From Octopus vulgaris (Eukaryota): DNA of 64,000 bases. Shown in pieces: positions 12,385 to 27,800 of the stretch. The position numbers and the translations under genes were made by a program. Within the stretch, counting starts at the first letter, position 1. Every line of letters begins with the position of its first letter. The DNA lies in NCBI GenBank assembly GCA_951406725.2, contig OX597822.1, positions 40,734,001-40,798,000 on the forward strand, given 5' to 3'. The notes under the pieces are model-generated. The model was not told where the DNA came from and searched no databases. It saw nothing but the letters and a program-made list of their open reading frames with translations.

Positions 12385-12614
12385 ATTTCTTTACTACCCA
12401 CAAGGGGCTAAACATAGAGGGGACAAACAAGGACAGACAAAGGGATTAAGTCGATTACATTGACCCCAGTGCGAAACTGTTACTTTATTTATCGACCCCG
12501 AAAGGATGAAAGGCAAAGTCGACCTCGGCAGAATTTGAACTCAGAACGTAACGACAGACGAAATACTGCTAAGCATTTCGCCCGGCGCGCTAACGACTCT
12601 GCCAGCTCGCCGCC
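12385..12614 (-). mobile_element. Full-length SINE family B, absent from duplication copy 2
   Basis: Complete head-to-tail match to family B. Empty site catagtaatatagacagc at ~27930-27947. Confidence 0.92.
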
Positions 12615-12939
12615 ATAGACAGCATGTAGACAGGATCTATATATTAGTTTCAAATTTTGGCACAATAATTATAAAAATATTTTGTAGAAAATATTGTTAC
12701 TATTATTATTAAGGAAACGAGCTGACAGGTTCGTTGCAATGCCGAACAAAATGCGTAGGGGTATTTCGTTCGGTTCTTTACTTTTTCAGGACAATTTTGT
12801 CTTTCATCTTTTCAAGGTCAGTAAAAGTGTGTCAATCAAGTCAATAGTATCGACTACCCAACTCCCACGTTGCAGGCCTGGTACCAAAATTAGAAAGAAT
12901 TATTATCGTTATTATTGTTGTTATTACGCCTGTGAAAAC

Positions 12940-13223
12940 GCATGGCCTAGTGGTTAAGGAGTTCTACTCGAGATCGTGGTTTCAATTCTTAGGCTGAGTA
13001 GTGTGTTGTGTTCTTGAGCAAAACATTCCATTTCACGTTGCTCTTCGAACACTTCGACACCTGACGCGTGGCACACAGTGCACCTGTTCAGACAACGTCG
13101 ATTTGATGGAGGGAGAGTGAGCTAATGTGCGGCACATACATTTGATTACTATAAACGAATCATTTGTGCAGGTCCTTCGGCAAAAGCTGAACACTCATAC
13201 GCCATCTTCGACGAGAGATTCCA
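12940..13223 (+). mobile_element. tRNA-headed SINE (family D-like head, different tail)
   Basis: A-box-like tggcctagtggttaagg, B-box-like ggtttcaattc, and CORE-like gtgttcttgagcaaaacat. Duplicate at 28281-28564. Confidence 0.8.
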
Positions 13224-13323
13224 NNNNNNNNNNNNNNNNNNNNNNNNNNNNNNNNNNNNNNNNNNNNNNNNNNNNNNNNNNNNNNNNNNNNNNNNNNNNN
13301 NNNNNNNNNNNNNNNNNNNNNNN
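13224..13323. other. Assembly gap (100 N)
   Basis: Exactly 100 Ns, the usual placeholder for a gap of unknown size. Confidence 0.99.
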
Positions 13324-13569
13324 TACCAGTTAATCACTGGTGTCGATGTAATCGACTCAATCTCGTTTCTCCCCTCTACGTTTAACCCCCTGTGGGTAAT
13401 AAAGAAATGTATGTATGGATGGATGAATGGATGTTTGTATGCATGTATGTGTGTATGTACGTATCTGTGCAGAAGAAATGGCCAGAAGAAATGGCTCTGA
13501 GAATTTTGTCCGGTGTCCTAACAATTCTGTCAGCTCACCACTTTATCGAAAGCAAAAATAATAATTGCT

Positions 13570-13793
13570 TTAGATTTTGGCAGAAGGTCAGTAATTGGTG
13601 GGGGTGGGGGTAGAAATGTAGTTGAGCATAAGTGGATTACATGGAGCCCAGTGTCGCAACGGGTATTTATTTTATCGACCCCGGAAAGGATGGAAGGTAA
13701 AGTCGACTTCACCGGTACTTGAACTCAGAACGTCGAGAGAAGTGCCACTAAGCATTTTACCCGGTATGATGACGACTCTGCCAGCTCACCGCT

Positions 13794-13794
<1 letters not shown>
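13570..13794 (-). mobile_element. SINE family B, decayed
   Basis: tttatcgaccccggaaagga...gaactcagaacg...ctgccagctcaccgc. Confidence 0.8.
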
Positions 13795-13836
<42 letters not shown>

Positions 13837-13924
13837 GGTGGTGGTGGTGGTGGTGGTGGTGGTGGTGGTGGTGGCGGTGATGATGATGATGATGTGATGA
13901 TGATGATGATGATGATGTTGATGT

Positions 13925-13995
<71 letters not shown>

Positions 13996-14002
13996 GTGGT
14001 GG

Positions 14003-14547
14003 TGATGCAGTACCAGGCAGTGGCCCTCGTAGCTTCTGATCTTAACTGAAGTGTTATCATATACATTGTTTTGTCTTCGTATAAAAGATGGGCTACAGCA
14101 AATATTCTGCTCAATACCACAGATTTGCTTGTCAGTTGTTTGATCTTAACCAGTTGAGCATGTCACTTAGTGGCTAACCATACGTGCATCTCTGATCACG
14201 AGCAGAAGTAGTGGGGGAGCACCATAGCCATGTGTTGAGAGGAATTCTTTGGGGTTTGAATAATTCACCTCTGGAAACATAGGTGTTTCGTTCAACATCC
14301 TTAAACAACCCTTATTCAGGGACCTTTTGAGCGGGATGGGTTACTCGACCTAAAGAAAATTCTAACTGGGCCTCAGCTGCAAGGTCATGTGCTGTTTATC
14401 TTGATATGAGATCACCATGTCGCGCACATATGGTTGTGATGCATGTGCCTAGTGTACCCTTATCAGATGGGTAGTCACGATGGGTATACTGGGCTTCGTA
14501 TATTTGTACCCCAGTGTCACTTTGATGGCATGCACTGTTCTCTCACT
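14003..14547 (+). mobile_element. ~540-bp (AAT)n-associated non-coding retroposon, copy 1
   Basis: Highly similar to 30304-30834, 40531-40890 (minus) and 43696-44183. Ends ...ctctcact followed by (AAT)n. Confidence 0.9.
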
Positions 14548-14550
14548 TAC

Positions 14551-14601
<51 letters not shown>

Positions 14602-14603
14602 TG

Positions 14604-14725
<122 letters not shown>

Positions 14726-14977
14726 AAGAAGAAGAAGAAGAAGAAGAAGAAGAAGACTCCTTTCTACTATAGGCACAAGGCTTGAAATTTGTGGGGAAGG
14801 TTATAAGTCGATTACATCGATCCCAGTACTCTGCTAGTATTTAATTTATCGACCCCGAAAGGATGAAAGGCAAAGTCGATAATAATAATAATAATAATAA
14901 TAATAATAGATGGGTAGATAATCACAGTGACAGATAGGTAGACTGACAGATAGATAGATACATAGATAGATAGATAA

Positions 14978-15201
14978 GTTTCTTTATTGGCCACACAGGG
15001 CTGCACACAGATGGGACAAGTTACAAGGTAGAGCTTTTCTTTTGGGGGATGAAAAAGGGGGGGGGGAGTGGCGTAGGTTTTCGATCAAGAGGGATCGTAA
15101 AAGGGAAGAAAAGAACAAAAAACAAAAAAAAAAGAAAAGAAAAAATAAAATAAAATAAAAAAGAAAAAGAATAAAAAAAGAAAAAGAAAAAGAAAAGGAA
15201 C
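14978..15201 (-). mobile_element. LINE 3'-end fragment (Tx1-like?) inserted in (GATA)n
   Basis: Minus strand ends ...cagccctgtgtggccAATAAAgaaac then (tatc)n. (GATA)n on both flanks. Confidence 0.5.
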
Positions 15202-15293
<92 letters not shown>

Positions 15294-15314
15294 CGGACAT
15301 ATAGATAGACAGAC

Positions 15315-15397
<83 letters not shown>

Positions 15398-16318
15398 CTG
15401 AATGTGATTTGAACAAACGTAAATACGTACTGACATATACACAAACATACACCCATATATATACGCACATACACACACGTGAACACACCCATATATATGT
15501 CCGTATATATGTATACATGTGAGTATTTATGTATATTCAAATCACATACATACATTCCTACATTTCTACATAGTTATACGCGTACAAGAATGAATGTGTC
15601 TCCATAGTTGTAAGCTTTCACATTTGTTAAAATTAAGATGGCAGGCGGTGTAGGAGAATTGTTTGGTTACGGTCAATAAACCTGTTGTTTGCCAACATAG
15701 TCTCTCATGCTTCGGGGATAATAATTCCAATACAGAAGTCAGACAGACGTTTAACGAATTTTTAATAGTTCTTCTCGTATCTCTGTATCTATATGTATGC
15801 ATGCATGCTTGTATGTATGTATGTATATATGTATGCATGCATGTATGTATGTATGTATGCTTGTATGTATGTATGTATGTATGTATGTATGTAGGTAGGT
15901 AGGTAGGTATGTATGTATGTATGTATGTATGTATGTATGTATGTATGTATGTATGCGTGCCAGTATGTGTTTGCATGTATGTATATTTGTATGTGCGTAT
16001 GAATGTAACCGTGGGAATGTTTGTAACTGTGTGTATACATGTGTGTATGTATATGTATATATTTATGTATATATAAAAGCATACATACATACATATGTGT
16101 GTGTGTGTCTGTATCTGTGTATAGACGTACGTACGCATGCTTTATGTACTTATATACCCATTCATCTCTCTGTATGTATATTTATATACATATGAATGTC
16201 TGTGTATATGTAAACTTAGATGTTTGTATAAATATAAGTACGTATGTTTCAGTCTATTTATTTAGCTAGCTAGGCTATACACACATACACACACATATAT
16301 ATATGTATATATATATAT

Positions 16319-16388
<70 letters not shown>

Positions 16389-17841
16389 TGTTAAATGTGT
16401 ATGATATATTTATGTGCATCTATACGAACATATGAGCACGTGCGTGTGCTTGTCAGCGTTTATGTGTATGTAGGTATATATGCATGCATGTATGTATGAT
16501 TGTATGTATGTATGCATAGATGGATGGATGTCATTTATGTATGTATGTATGTATGTATGTATGTATAGGAATATTTTTTTTTTCTTCGAAATCCGTAGAA
16601 AATCTTTACTGAAAACAACCCAGTCATAAACAAAATGACAATGTTTTCAAAATTTATTTTAATTTTATTTAGCTTTTGGATAAATCTGAGGATTTGTAAA
16701 TATATAAGATATTTGATGCGTATGCAGTCTGCCTGGGGAAACTACACTTTCATAAAAACAAATTTATTTATTTTCTTCTAACTCACCCAGATTTATGCCT
16801 AACCAAATACTGGCGCACTGGAATCTACGTTGACGAGTTTTTCAAGTCATGCGACATAACAAGGAAGAAACATTTTAAAGAAATTTATTGTCTTATATCG
16901 GTTTTAATAATTGGTTTGAACATATTTTCACATGTATTTTAATTGATTTTCCACTGAAGTATTTGTCTTTAGTTGTATTCTTTTCAAATTTATTCGCTTT
17001 TAAATTTGTTAGCTGAAACCGATGTAAAGTCGACTAAATCCACTGAACTTGAGGTTTATTTCTTCCATTACTTTTTTTTTAGGAAAAAAAAAAAAAAAAA
17101 AGACGTAAAGTCGAATTGTCGTAGCTCGAAACGATGTAAGTTGAATTATGCTTGTATTTCTCTTCACCGTTGCTACATCACTCACAAAGGTTTTTTAAAA
17201 CGTGCCCAGGGACACGTTAGCAGCTGTACAGCGCAGTTCTCGTTGCGAATTTTGAGTTCTTCTATTGATATCTCAGAGCGGGTTTCAGGTCTAGAAATTA
17301 AAGAAAAATAAACCCTGTCTGCTAGCAAATCCGGAATATCAGATTAGCGAGCAGACAAGAATCGTAGCTTTGTCATAACGTTACGGATAATGCACGATGT
17401 TTTAGCAAGTGCAATGCCGCGGCGAAGTATTCAGGTTTTCTTTGGCCATGCCTCAAAGCACATCTTTCGAACAGCCTCTCTCGAACGCTTTCAGACATCC
17501 AATTAAACTCCCTTGTCGATCGTCTGACTACGTGTAATTAACTCATGATGTACGAGGCTCTTTCAGTTAAAAACTCGATCATCTCTTTCACACTTGAGAG
17601 ACAAGATTCTCTTTCTTTTATGTCGCGGCTTCTAGGACCGAACTCATGTTGACGATAGTCAAAAGCTTTTCTTTCTTTTTTCACGAGAACATGATACTGC
17701 TTCAGTTTTTCTTTTCAAATTATGTGACAAATTTTTAGATAGAAGCAGGTGTGACTGTGTGGTAAAAAGTTTCAAACCTACCAAATAATTTTGGATTCAA
17801 TGCCATGAGCAAATGTCTTCCACTATAGCTTCGAGTCAACC

Positions 17842-17872
<31 letters not shown>

Positions 17873-17873
17873 T

Positions 17874-17962
<89 letters not shown>

Positions 17963-18152
17963 CCGGAGTAAGCACATAAATGTGAAACAAGGTGGGAAAA
18001 AAGAGTACTCGAATACCGGAGGTAGAGTAATATGCTTTATTAATAAAGCTGCAAAGACATCACAAAAGCTGTTACTCAGAGTTTCACGTTCCCATTCGTC
18101 GATACACATACACACACACACACACCAACACACATACATATACATACCCACT

Positions 18153-18203
<51 letters not shown>

Positions 18204-18832
18204 GTACATACATATATATACATACATACACACGCACATATGTGAGGGGAGGTGACCACCGCTTGACAACGGTAGTTAGTTTGTTAACGTCCCACTAACC
18301 TAGACGTTCAGCAAAAGACCCCGATAGAATAAGCGCTAGACTTTAACAAAAAAAGGTGACTGCTAGAGTCGATTAAGACAAAGCCCTTCAAGGCGTTGCT
18401 CCAGCATGGCCGAAGTCTAATAGCAGAGACAAGTAAATTTAAAAGGCGATGATTAAACTGTATGCCTAGTTCTTCGGAAGCTTCACGAATTCTTAGCCAA
18501 CGATTCTCGAACAACTAGATTCGAAGCTGACGAATAAAACCATGCATTCTTTTATTCTTTTATTCTTTCATTTGGTTCAGTCATTTGACTGTGGCCAAGC
18601 TGGAGCACCGCCTTTACTCGAACAAATTGACTCCAAAACATATTCTTTGTAAGCCTAGTACTTATTCGAACGGTCTCTTGTGCCGAACCGATAAGTTACG
18701 GGCACGTAAATACACCAACATCGGTTGTCAAGCGATGGTGGGAGGGGGGACAAACAGAGCCACACAAATACATACAAACACACGCACACGCACACACACT
18801 CACACACACACAAACACACACACGCACGTGCG

Positions 18833-18885
<53 letters not shown>

Positions 18886-18991
18886 GACGAGTTTCCGTCT
18901 ACCAAATCCACTCACAAGGCTTTGGTTGGCCCGAAACTATAGTAGAAGACATTTGCTCATGGTGCCCTTCAGTGGGACTGAAACCCGAACC

Positions 18992-19242
<251 letters not shown>

Positions 19243-19858
19243 AATATTAGGGAATAAATCCAAATTTACAGGGAAAAAAATCAGATTTAGGATTAAATCC
19301 AATTTTATAGTAAAATATTATAAAATATTATTAGAGACAAAACCACTATTTTGCAAAACAAACAAGGAAAGACTTAATCAATACATAAAATTTTTATAAA
19401 TAATATACGAGGAGGAGCTGGAAAGTTCCTGGTTTTAAGGGTATCGGGAAAGGCCTGGCTGGAGGTTCAACTTACCGAATTCTTTAACAGGGCTTAGAAA
19501 AACTGAAGGACTGCTGCAATATGTGTGTGAATCTGAGAGGAGAACATGTTGAATAAAATCATAATTAACTGATCTTCCTGTATTTTTTTCTTTTTGCCCA
19601 AAGCCAGGAACTTTTCAGCACCCCTTCGTATGTGCATGTATGAGTACAACCGTAACCTGATCACTGATGCTTTGCCCCAGTGGAGCGACGAAAATTTTGA
19701 CACCATCTTGTAATAAGTTAAAGGGATTTCAACACTTTTGTTTGTTTTTGTAATTAAACGGTGGGAATGGTTCTTCCACGAGGTAATTGCTAAATTAAAA
19801 TAATTTTATGGTTAAATGAATTCAGTAAATCAGCTAGCAACATAAATAGATAAATAGT

Positions 19859-19965
<107 letters not shown>

Positions 19966-20164
19966 AGTCGTAGTGTAGAGAGAAATGCTCGTATAGCCGG
20001 TGAGGTGGGACGTAGAATTTCTGTAAATATGAAAACTGACAGTCTTTTATACGGAAAGCAATTTTCTATGATAATTCTTAACAGATGCACTGAAATATTT
20101 CAGTTTAACTGGAAGCTAAGAAGCAAATAATTTTATACAGATGCATTAAGTACAGGGACAACAC

Positions 20165-20207
<43 letters not shown>

Positions 20208-21741
20208 GTACATACATAATTACATGCACACATACTACACATAAATATATACATGCATGTGTGTGTGTGTGTGTGTGCGTGTGTGTTTTCGCTACCCTGT
20301 GCTAACCACCTGCACTTCACGGCGCGCACACATCTCATACTATGCCCCTTTCCTTAAACAGATACCCTCCTACACATGCACACATTAACCCTCCTCTTCC
20401 TCTTTTCCCAACTTCTCATTCAATCGCATTTCTACTCGGCTCCTAAACATTTTTCCTTCACTTTATTTTACGCCTTCCCTCCTTTCCACCATCTTTCCTC
20501 TATTCCGTTTTTCTGATGGAGAACTAACGTCCGAAACGTCAAAGATGCTTTCTTTCGAGCATTAGACTAATAACACCTTTGTAAGAACATATCCCTTTTG
20601 TTGTGTTTATTATTTTCTCATTCATCATGTATATATGTGTGTATGTGTGTCTATATGTGTGTATGTATGTATGTATGTGTGCATGTATGTACGTATGTAT
20701 GTATGTATTTATGTATGTATGTATGTATGTATGTATGTATGTATGTATGTATGTATGTATTTATGTATGTATACACACACAGGATTGGCCAAAAGTCACT
20801 CCAGTTAAGAATGTTTAATAATTGAATGCTGTGAGTTAAAATCACGGTTTTTTTTTCAACATTTATCTATTTATTAGCTAAGTTTCATTTAATATAATTT
20901 TTTGTTTTAATCTTGAAATTAGATGGGTTTGGTTTTTTTAACCCTCAACATTTATCTATTTATTAGGTCAGTTTCATTTAATATAATTTTTTGTTTTAAT
21001 CTTTTAGATGGGTTTTGATTTACTGTCAGGCGACTTTTGGCCAACCCTGTATATAGTCACAGTGAGGATATTGAAACCCATTAAAGGGATATTTTTATCC
21101 AAGATACACTGGTTTAATATATTATATTTTGGAGAGATATTTTTTCAAAGAATATATTATATAAAAAATCGCAAAATATCAAATATTATAATCGAGTTAG
21201 AAAACAGAGAGACCTAATAGATACAAGTTTATTTATTAATTAATTAACATGTGTATATAGATATAGGCGCAGGAGTGGCTGCGTGGTAAGAAGTTTGCTT
21301 CCTAAATACACGGTTCCAGCTTCAGTCCCACTGCGTGGTACATTGGGCAAGTGTCTCCAACTATAGCTTCAGGCCGATCAAAGCCTTGTGAGTGGATTTA
21401 GTAAACGAAAACTGAAAGAAGCCTGACGTATGTATGTATGTATGTATGTATGTATGTATGTATGTATGTATGTATGTATTTGTTATTTGTGTCTGTGTTT
21501 GTCCCCCACCTTCGCTTGACAACCGATGCTGGTGTGTTTACGTCCCCGTAACTTCGCAGTTCGGCAAAATAACCCGATAGAATAAGTACTAGGCTTACAA
21601 AGTATAAGTCCTGTGGTCGATTTGTTCGACTAAATGTGGTGCTCCAGCATGGCCGCAGTCAAATGACTGAAACAAGCAAAAGAATTGAATATATATATAC
21701 GTGTGTGTATGCATATATGCATGTGTATGTGTGTGTGCAGT

Positions 21742-21813
<72 letters not shown>

Positions 21814-21816
<3 letters not shown>

Positions 21817-22512
21817 AGTAATAAGAGAGAGATCACATGTGGTCACTCTAACGCTAGAAATAGATTCGCAAAGGGAATCCACCACTAAAGAATTGTTCTC
21901 AACCATTAATTCAACACGCCAAGAATGTAAGCGGGCAGGACAAATGAAAAATAACGAAAAAATAGATTAACTCTATACAATTGTGTCATCGTTAATAGAT
22001 TGTGTAATTTTACTTACATAATCATTTTCGAATCCTCAGTAGAGTATATCAAAAATATAATTTGCTGAACCGAACGCCAAAATCCATACGAAGCCGAGCA
22101 AAGGCGAACGGCACAGCCGTTTATATTTTTGATATATTTATATTTTTGATATATTTATATTTTTGATATACTCTACTGAGAATTCGAAAATGATTATGTA
22201 AGTAAAATTACACAATCTATTAACGATGAAACAATTGTATAGAGTTAATCTATTTTTTCGTTATTTTTCATTTGTCCTGCCCGCTTACATTCTTGGCGTG
22301 TTGAATTAATGCTTGAGAACAATTCTTTAGTGGTGGATTCCTTTTGCGGATCTTTTTCTAGCGCTAGAGTGACCACATGTGGTCTCTTTCTTATTACTTG
22401 TATTAAAAGTTTTTTACTGTATCTCAGTTTTTTTTACGCTAGGCCACTTGGTGTTTTAAATTGATGCTATTAATTAATATTCAATTTTTTTCACCCTTAT
22501 TGTGATTTTAAT

Positions 22513-22516
<4 letters not shown>
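21814..22516 (-). mobile_element. Allelic/duplicate version of the HHR hairpin element (single unit plus inverted arm)
   Basis: HHR motifs at 21970-22045 (minus; GAAA>GACA) and 22170-22245 (plus; CTGAGGA>CTGAGAA). Lacks the extra tandem unit. Confidence 0.8.
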
Positions 22517-22544
<28 letters not shown>

Positions 22545-23633
22545 TATTCTTATATATACCGATAGCAACACCCTGTACTTTTCTCCTTGTTTTATAACTC
22601 TCTCTTGTCACTATATGAGTATACCTAGGCATGTAGAGGCGTAATGGCCTGTTGGTTAGGGCAGCGGACTCGCAGTCGTAGGATCGCGGTTTCTATTCCC
22701 AGACCGGACGTTGTGAGTGTTTATTGGGCTCCGACAGGGGTTGGTGGCGAACCCTGCTGTACTCTTTCCCCACAACTTTCTCTCACTCTTTCTTCCTGTT
22801 TCTATTGTACCTGTATTTTAAAGGGCCAGCCTTGTCATTCACTGTGCCACGCTGAATCTCCCCGAGAACTACGTTAAGGGTACAAGTGTTTGTGCAGTGC
22901 TCAGCCACTTTCACGTTAATTTCACGAGCAGGCTGTTCCGTTGATCAGATTAACTGGAACCCTCGTCGTCGTAACCGATGGAGTGCCACGACGACGTTTC
23001 CTAGACATAGTGCAATTTTCAATATAATTATTTAAATTTTATATTAATTTCAACGCACCCTCGGCCATTATCAGCTATACGCTGGTTCAAAAGATATTTA
23101 ATAAATATACATACCAAACTTTAATTTCTTCCTTAATTTTACGTTTCTGCTCTCACTCATTAAAGCACAACCACCCTTACTAATAATTTTTTTCTCCATT
23201 TCTTTTGCGTCTCCGTTTATCGCATTGAACTGTCCGTTCAGTTTGTTGTTGGTCAATCAGACACCATTTTCCAAATGAGAATGCTGCTTGATTTTTAAAT
23301 GGCACTTAAACAGGGTATTAAAACTAGCGTTAAGAAATACAAACTTTCTATCTTTGTTCGTATTAAGATGAGGGAAGTAACGTAAACTAGAATGTGGTAA
23401 CGAAAAAGGAAATAAAACACACAATGTATTTCAGTCCAATAGAACTGCCATAAATGGGTTTTTTTTTCGTCTTTTATTTTTGTATTTTCTGCTGATTCTT
23501 TCATGAAACAAAAGTGCACCAAATCAAAGAAATCTATGTACAAAGTCACGTATTCAATACAAGTGTTTATATAAATATTGAACTGATACTGCAATTTATT
23601 TCAAAATATTTATTTTAAAATTTATGAACAGAA

Positions 23634-23666
<33 letters not shown>

Positions 23667-25644
23667 AAGGTAGTGAGCTGACTGAATCGTTAGAGGTATT
23701 TCGTCTGTCTTTACGTTCTGAGTTCAAATTCCGCCGAGGTCGACTTTGCCTTTCATCCTTTCAGAATCGATAAAATAAGTACTAGTCAAGTACTGGGGTC
23801 GTTTTGCCCGACTATCCCCCTCCCCTCAAATTCCAGGCCTTGTGCCTATAATAGAAAGGATTCTTCTTCTTCTTCTTCTTCTTCTTCTTCTTCTTCTTCT
23901 TCTTCTTCTTCTTCTTCTTTTTCTTCTTCTTCTTCTTCTTTTTCTTCTTCTTCATCTTCTTCTTATTCTTATTCTTCTTCTTTCGGCCAATTATAAACTT
24001 AACTGTTCTGAATTTTGCCATGATCTTGCGTATAGTTTCGGGAATGAGAATGATTTGCCATCCCCAAAATTTTTTTCCGCTACAAAATTACCCAGGCCAT
24101 TTTTCTAAATCTCAACGGCGTTCAAACAATGCATTGTGCAAAATAGCAACTTGGCCATTTTCTTAAAGGAATTCGACATTCAGATTCTAAAGAAAAAAAA
24201 TCAAAAGCGTAGTAAACATCGCTACGTTTAGGAAAGTGCACATGATTCTCAGACTGGTATATATGTAACCAAACATCCCAAAAGTAAACAAACACCGTTT
24301 TTGAACGATATATTTCAGGGGTTGGCGAACCGGGGTAAATTACCCCAAATGGAGTACAAATGGCATTTTGGTGGGTAATGAGGACTCATTAGACATAAGT
24401 AAAATTATATATATAAAAAAAACGTGTTCCTCGTTACTACAGAAAATTTTTCTTCTAGCAACACTGCATCTGTCCAATGTAATGGACGTATGAATAGATT
24501 CATAAAAATACATTCAATAAGCCTTTTGAATTCAAAGAATCTATGATTTTCTTCCTTTCAAATCCAGAGGGTAACATCGGCGTAAATAAATATATTTGGG
24601 GGTAATTGGTTAAAAAGGTTCCCCAAACCCTGATATATTTTCCTTTTCTCCTTTGGATATTTGCTGGTCGAAAAAGTGGTTCCTTCTAAGTGCTCTACCA
24701 TAGTAGCCAAGCTGGTGGGTATATTTCAAAAAAGTATTCTGACTCATTTGGGATTGCTCTGCAGCTTCAGCTGTCTTGTTACGGGTATTATTTTACAACA
24801 ATCCGCTTGGTTGCTCGAAGACATTTATCAAAGGACGCAGATCAACCCGAGCGGGAGGCTGTTGATTCTGTTTCTTTGCTCAGGAATTATATAATCAGTC
24901 TGTTGTCTGTGGCAAATCTCAAGGTTTGGCGTAATCATACGCTGGCTAAGTTCACACTCACACTGACCCAGAATACGCTCGCTTTGAAAGTCAGACACTT
25001 CTATTACTCATGGTGTTCGTAGTATGGCTTGTTGCTATAACAAAATCAACATTTTGTAATCTGATATGAAAAATAATAATACATAAGCAGTTTTGAAGCG
25101 CCAGGTAGTTTCCTCACAGATTAATGAGGGGCATCTATTCAATTTTGAGGTGTCTATGTGTGTGTGCGCGCGCGCGCGCGTGTGTGTGCGCGCGTGCGTG
25201 TGTGTGTGTACACGTATACACCCCTGACCTATTATTACCCCTAAATGAAACTCTCAGTAAACACACTCGCACTCTTAATACACACACACATACACACAAA
25301 CGCATACATAGACATACGGACATACAAATTCAAGTATATCCTGCCCATTATCTTCTTTGTTCTCCCTTCTAGAAAGCTTTTGTAATCTGTTTCGACCAGC
25401 GCTTGCAGGATCAATACATGGCTCTTCGGACCGTAGGTTACCCTCTTCCCATTTTTTCTCTCGCTCTCTTTACTTTTCGGTCTGGTGAACGACTATTATC
25501 TGAAATGTTAAAGATATTTATATTTTATTTTCCAGTTCATATTATTGTTATTATGTTTTGTTATTTCTGGCGTTACTTTTTAACTTATCTTTTCGCTATG
25601 CGCTCGCATATTCATACATGCATATACATACATACATACATACA

Positions 25645-25675
<31 letters not shown>

Positions 25676-26201
25676 CTACATACATACACACATGCTCACG
25701 TTCATACATATATATATACGTACATATATATATACAAACACAGATACTCACGCTCATATATATATATATATACATACATATATGTATATATATATATATA
25801 TATATACATACATACATATATATACACACACACACACGTGTGTGTGTGCGCACGCGCGTATACACACACTCACAACTCTAATGGTATATAGACAGGAAAT
25901 GAAGGTGTAAGCTGAAGAGCGGGAGGCGTAGTGTTTCCCCTAATATAAGTATATATAGAAAATGAACTTTTACAAATTGTATACATTTATGCTTATATAC
26001 ATACAAATATATATATATATATATACATACATATATGTATATATATATATATATATATATACGTGTGTGTGTGTGTGTGTGTGTACCTTTACCGTGATAT
26101 TTGTGTGTATGTCGGTGTGCATGCGTTTATGATACTTGTATATGTATAGACACACGTACGTGTGATGGGAATCACTCATAGACACACAAATGTTTATCCA
26201 A

Positions 26202-26242
<41 letters not shown>

Positions 26243-26427
26243 GGAGTGATAAATGTGTGAGCCTGTGAGGAGATGGCGGCAAGATCAAAAGACAACTGTT
26301 TATCCCACCCAGCTGACGCCCACCTATTGTCCTATTGTTGATGACATTGGAATTTATAAAAGGAGGCAGGGTCTCTGATTGTTAGAGATACACCAGAAAT
26401 TCCTCCCAGCTGTTCAGTTTACTACTG

Positions 26428-26506
<79 letters not shown>

Positions 26507-27529
26507 TACTACTACTACTACTACTAATAATAATAATAATAATAAAATTACTTTAGCTACGACTACTACAACAGAAACATCTTCAATTGTGAGCAGAAGT
26601 TCAAAGACAAGTGTAGAGAGAAGATTACTATGCATAAGGCCATCAACACTACAACAACAACAACTACTACTACTACTACTACTACTACTATGGTAAATCA
26701 TTTCTAATATTGGCACAGGACCATGAATCTGTGGGAAAGGATTAACCAGTTCAATTGACTCCAGTACTTGACTGGTTCTCTATTTTATCGAAACCGGAAG
26801 GACGAAATCCTTCTTGGTTGGATTTGAAGAGAAATAATTAAATATTGGGTTCAAATTTTCGCACAAACCCAGCCAGTTCGGAGGAGGGCTTATGTCGATT
26901 ACATCGACCTCAGTCCTCAACTAATTTTTTTATTTAATCGACCTTGAAGGGATGAAATGCAAAATTGGCCTCAGCGGAATTTGAACTCAGAACGTAAAGA
27001 CAGACGAAATGCTGCTGAGCATTTTGTCTGGCGTACTAACGATTCTGCCAGCTCGACACCACTGCCACGCACTTTGTTGCTCTACCGGTTTTTTGAGAAG
27101 GGATGTAGTTAATTAGATGAACACCATTATATGGCTAAAAGGATAAAGACCCCTTTCGGTCATGAATGACCTAGAAAGATGCCCTCCGAGGCACAAGACC
27201 AGGCAAGGTTGTTTATGGAAGAATAGCAGTCGCCCATGCATACTAGCCTCCCCTCTTCGTGCCATCGATGTAATCCAAGGGAAAGACAAAGGCCGATACA
27301 GATTGGAACCAGTGACGTTGCAACTCATTTCGACAGCTGGGTGAACTAAAGCAACGTGAAATGAAAAGTCTTGCTCAAGACCATCATACAACAGGTACCA
27401 AATTTATTAACTCCTGGTGGGAAGTGAAGAAATTAGAGGCAGTGGTAGTAAAATACCCACAATGTTACACTCGCATTTGCATTATTTTCTTTACAATCCT
27501 CGTAGATATCATGTACACACAGAGTGTAT

Positions 27530-27701
<172 letters not shown>

Positions 27702-27756
27702 GACAGATAAATAGAGAGATAGATAGACAGATAGATAGATAGACAGACAGACAGAT

Positions 27757-27800
<44 letters not shown>

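Noticed and set aside
15566-15790. Unique block inside a long minus-strand ORF
   Set aside because: The ORF length comes from (TACA)n, and the unique part shows no recognisable protein motif.
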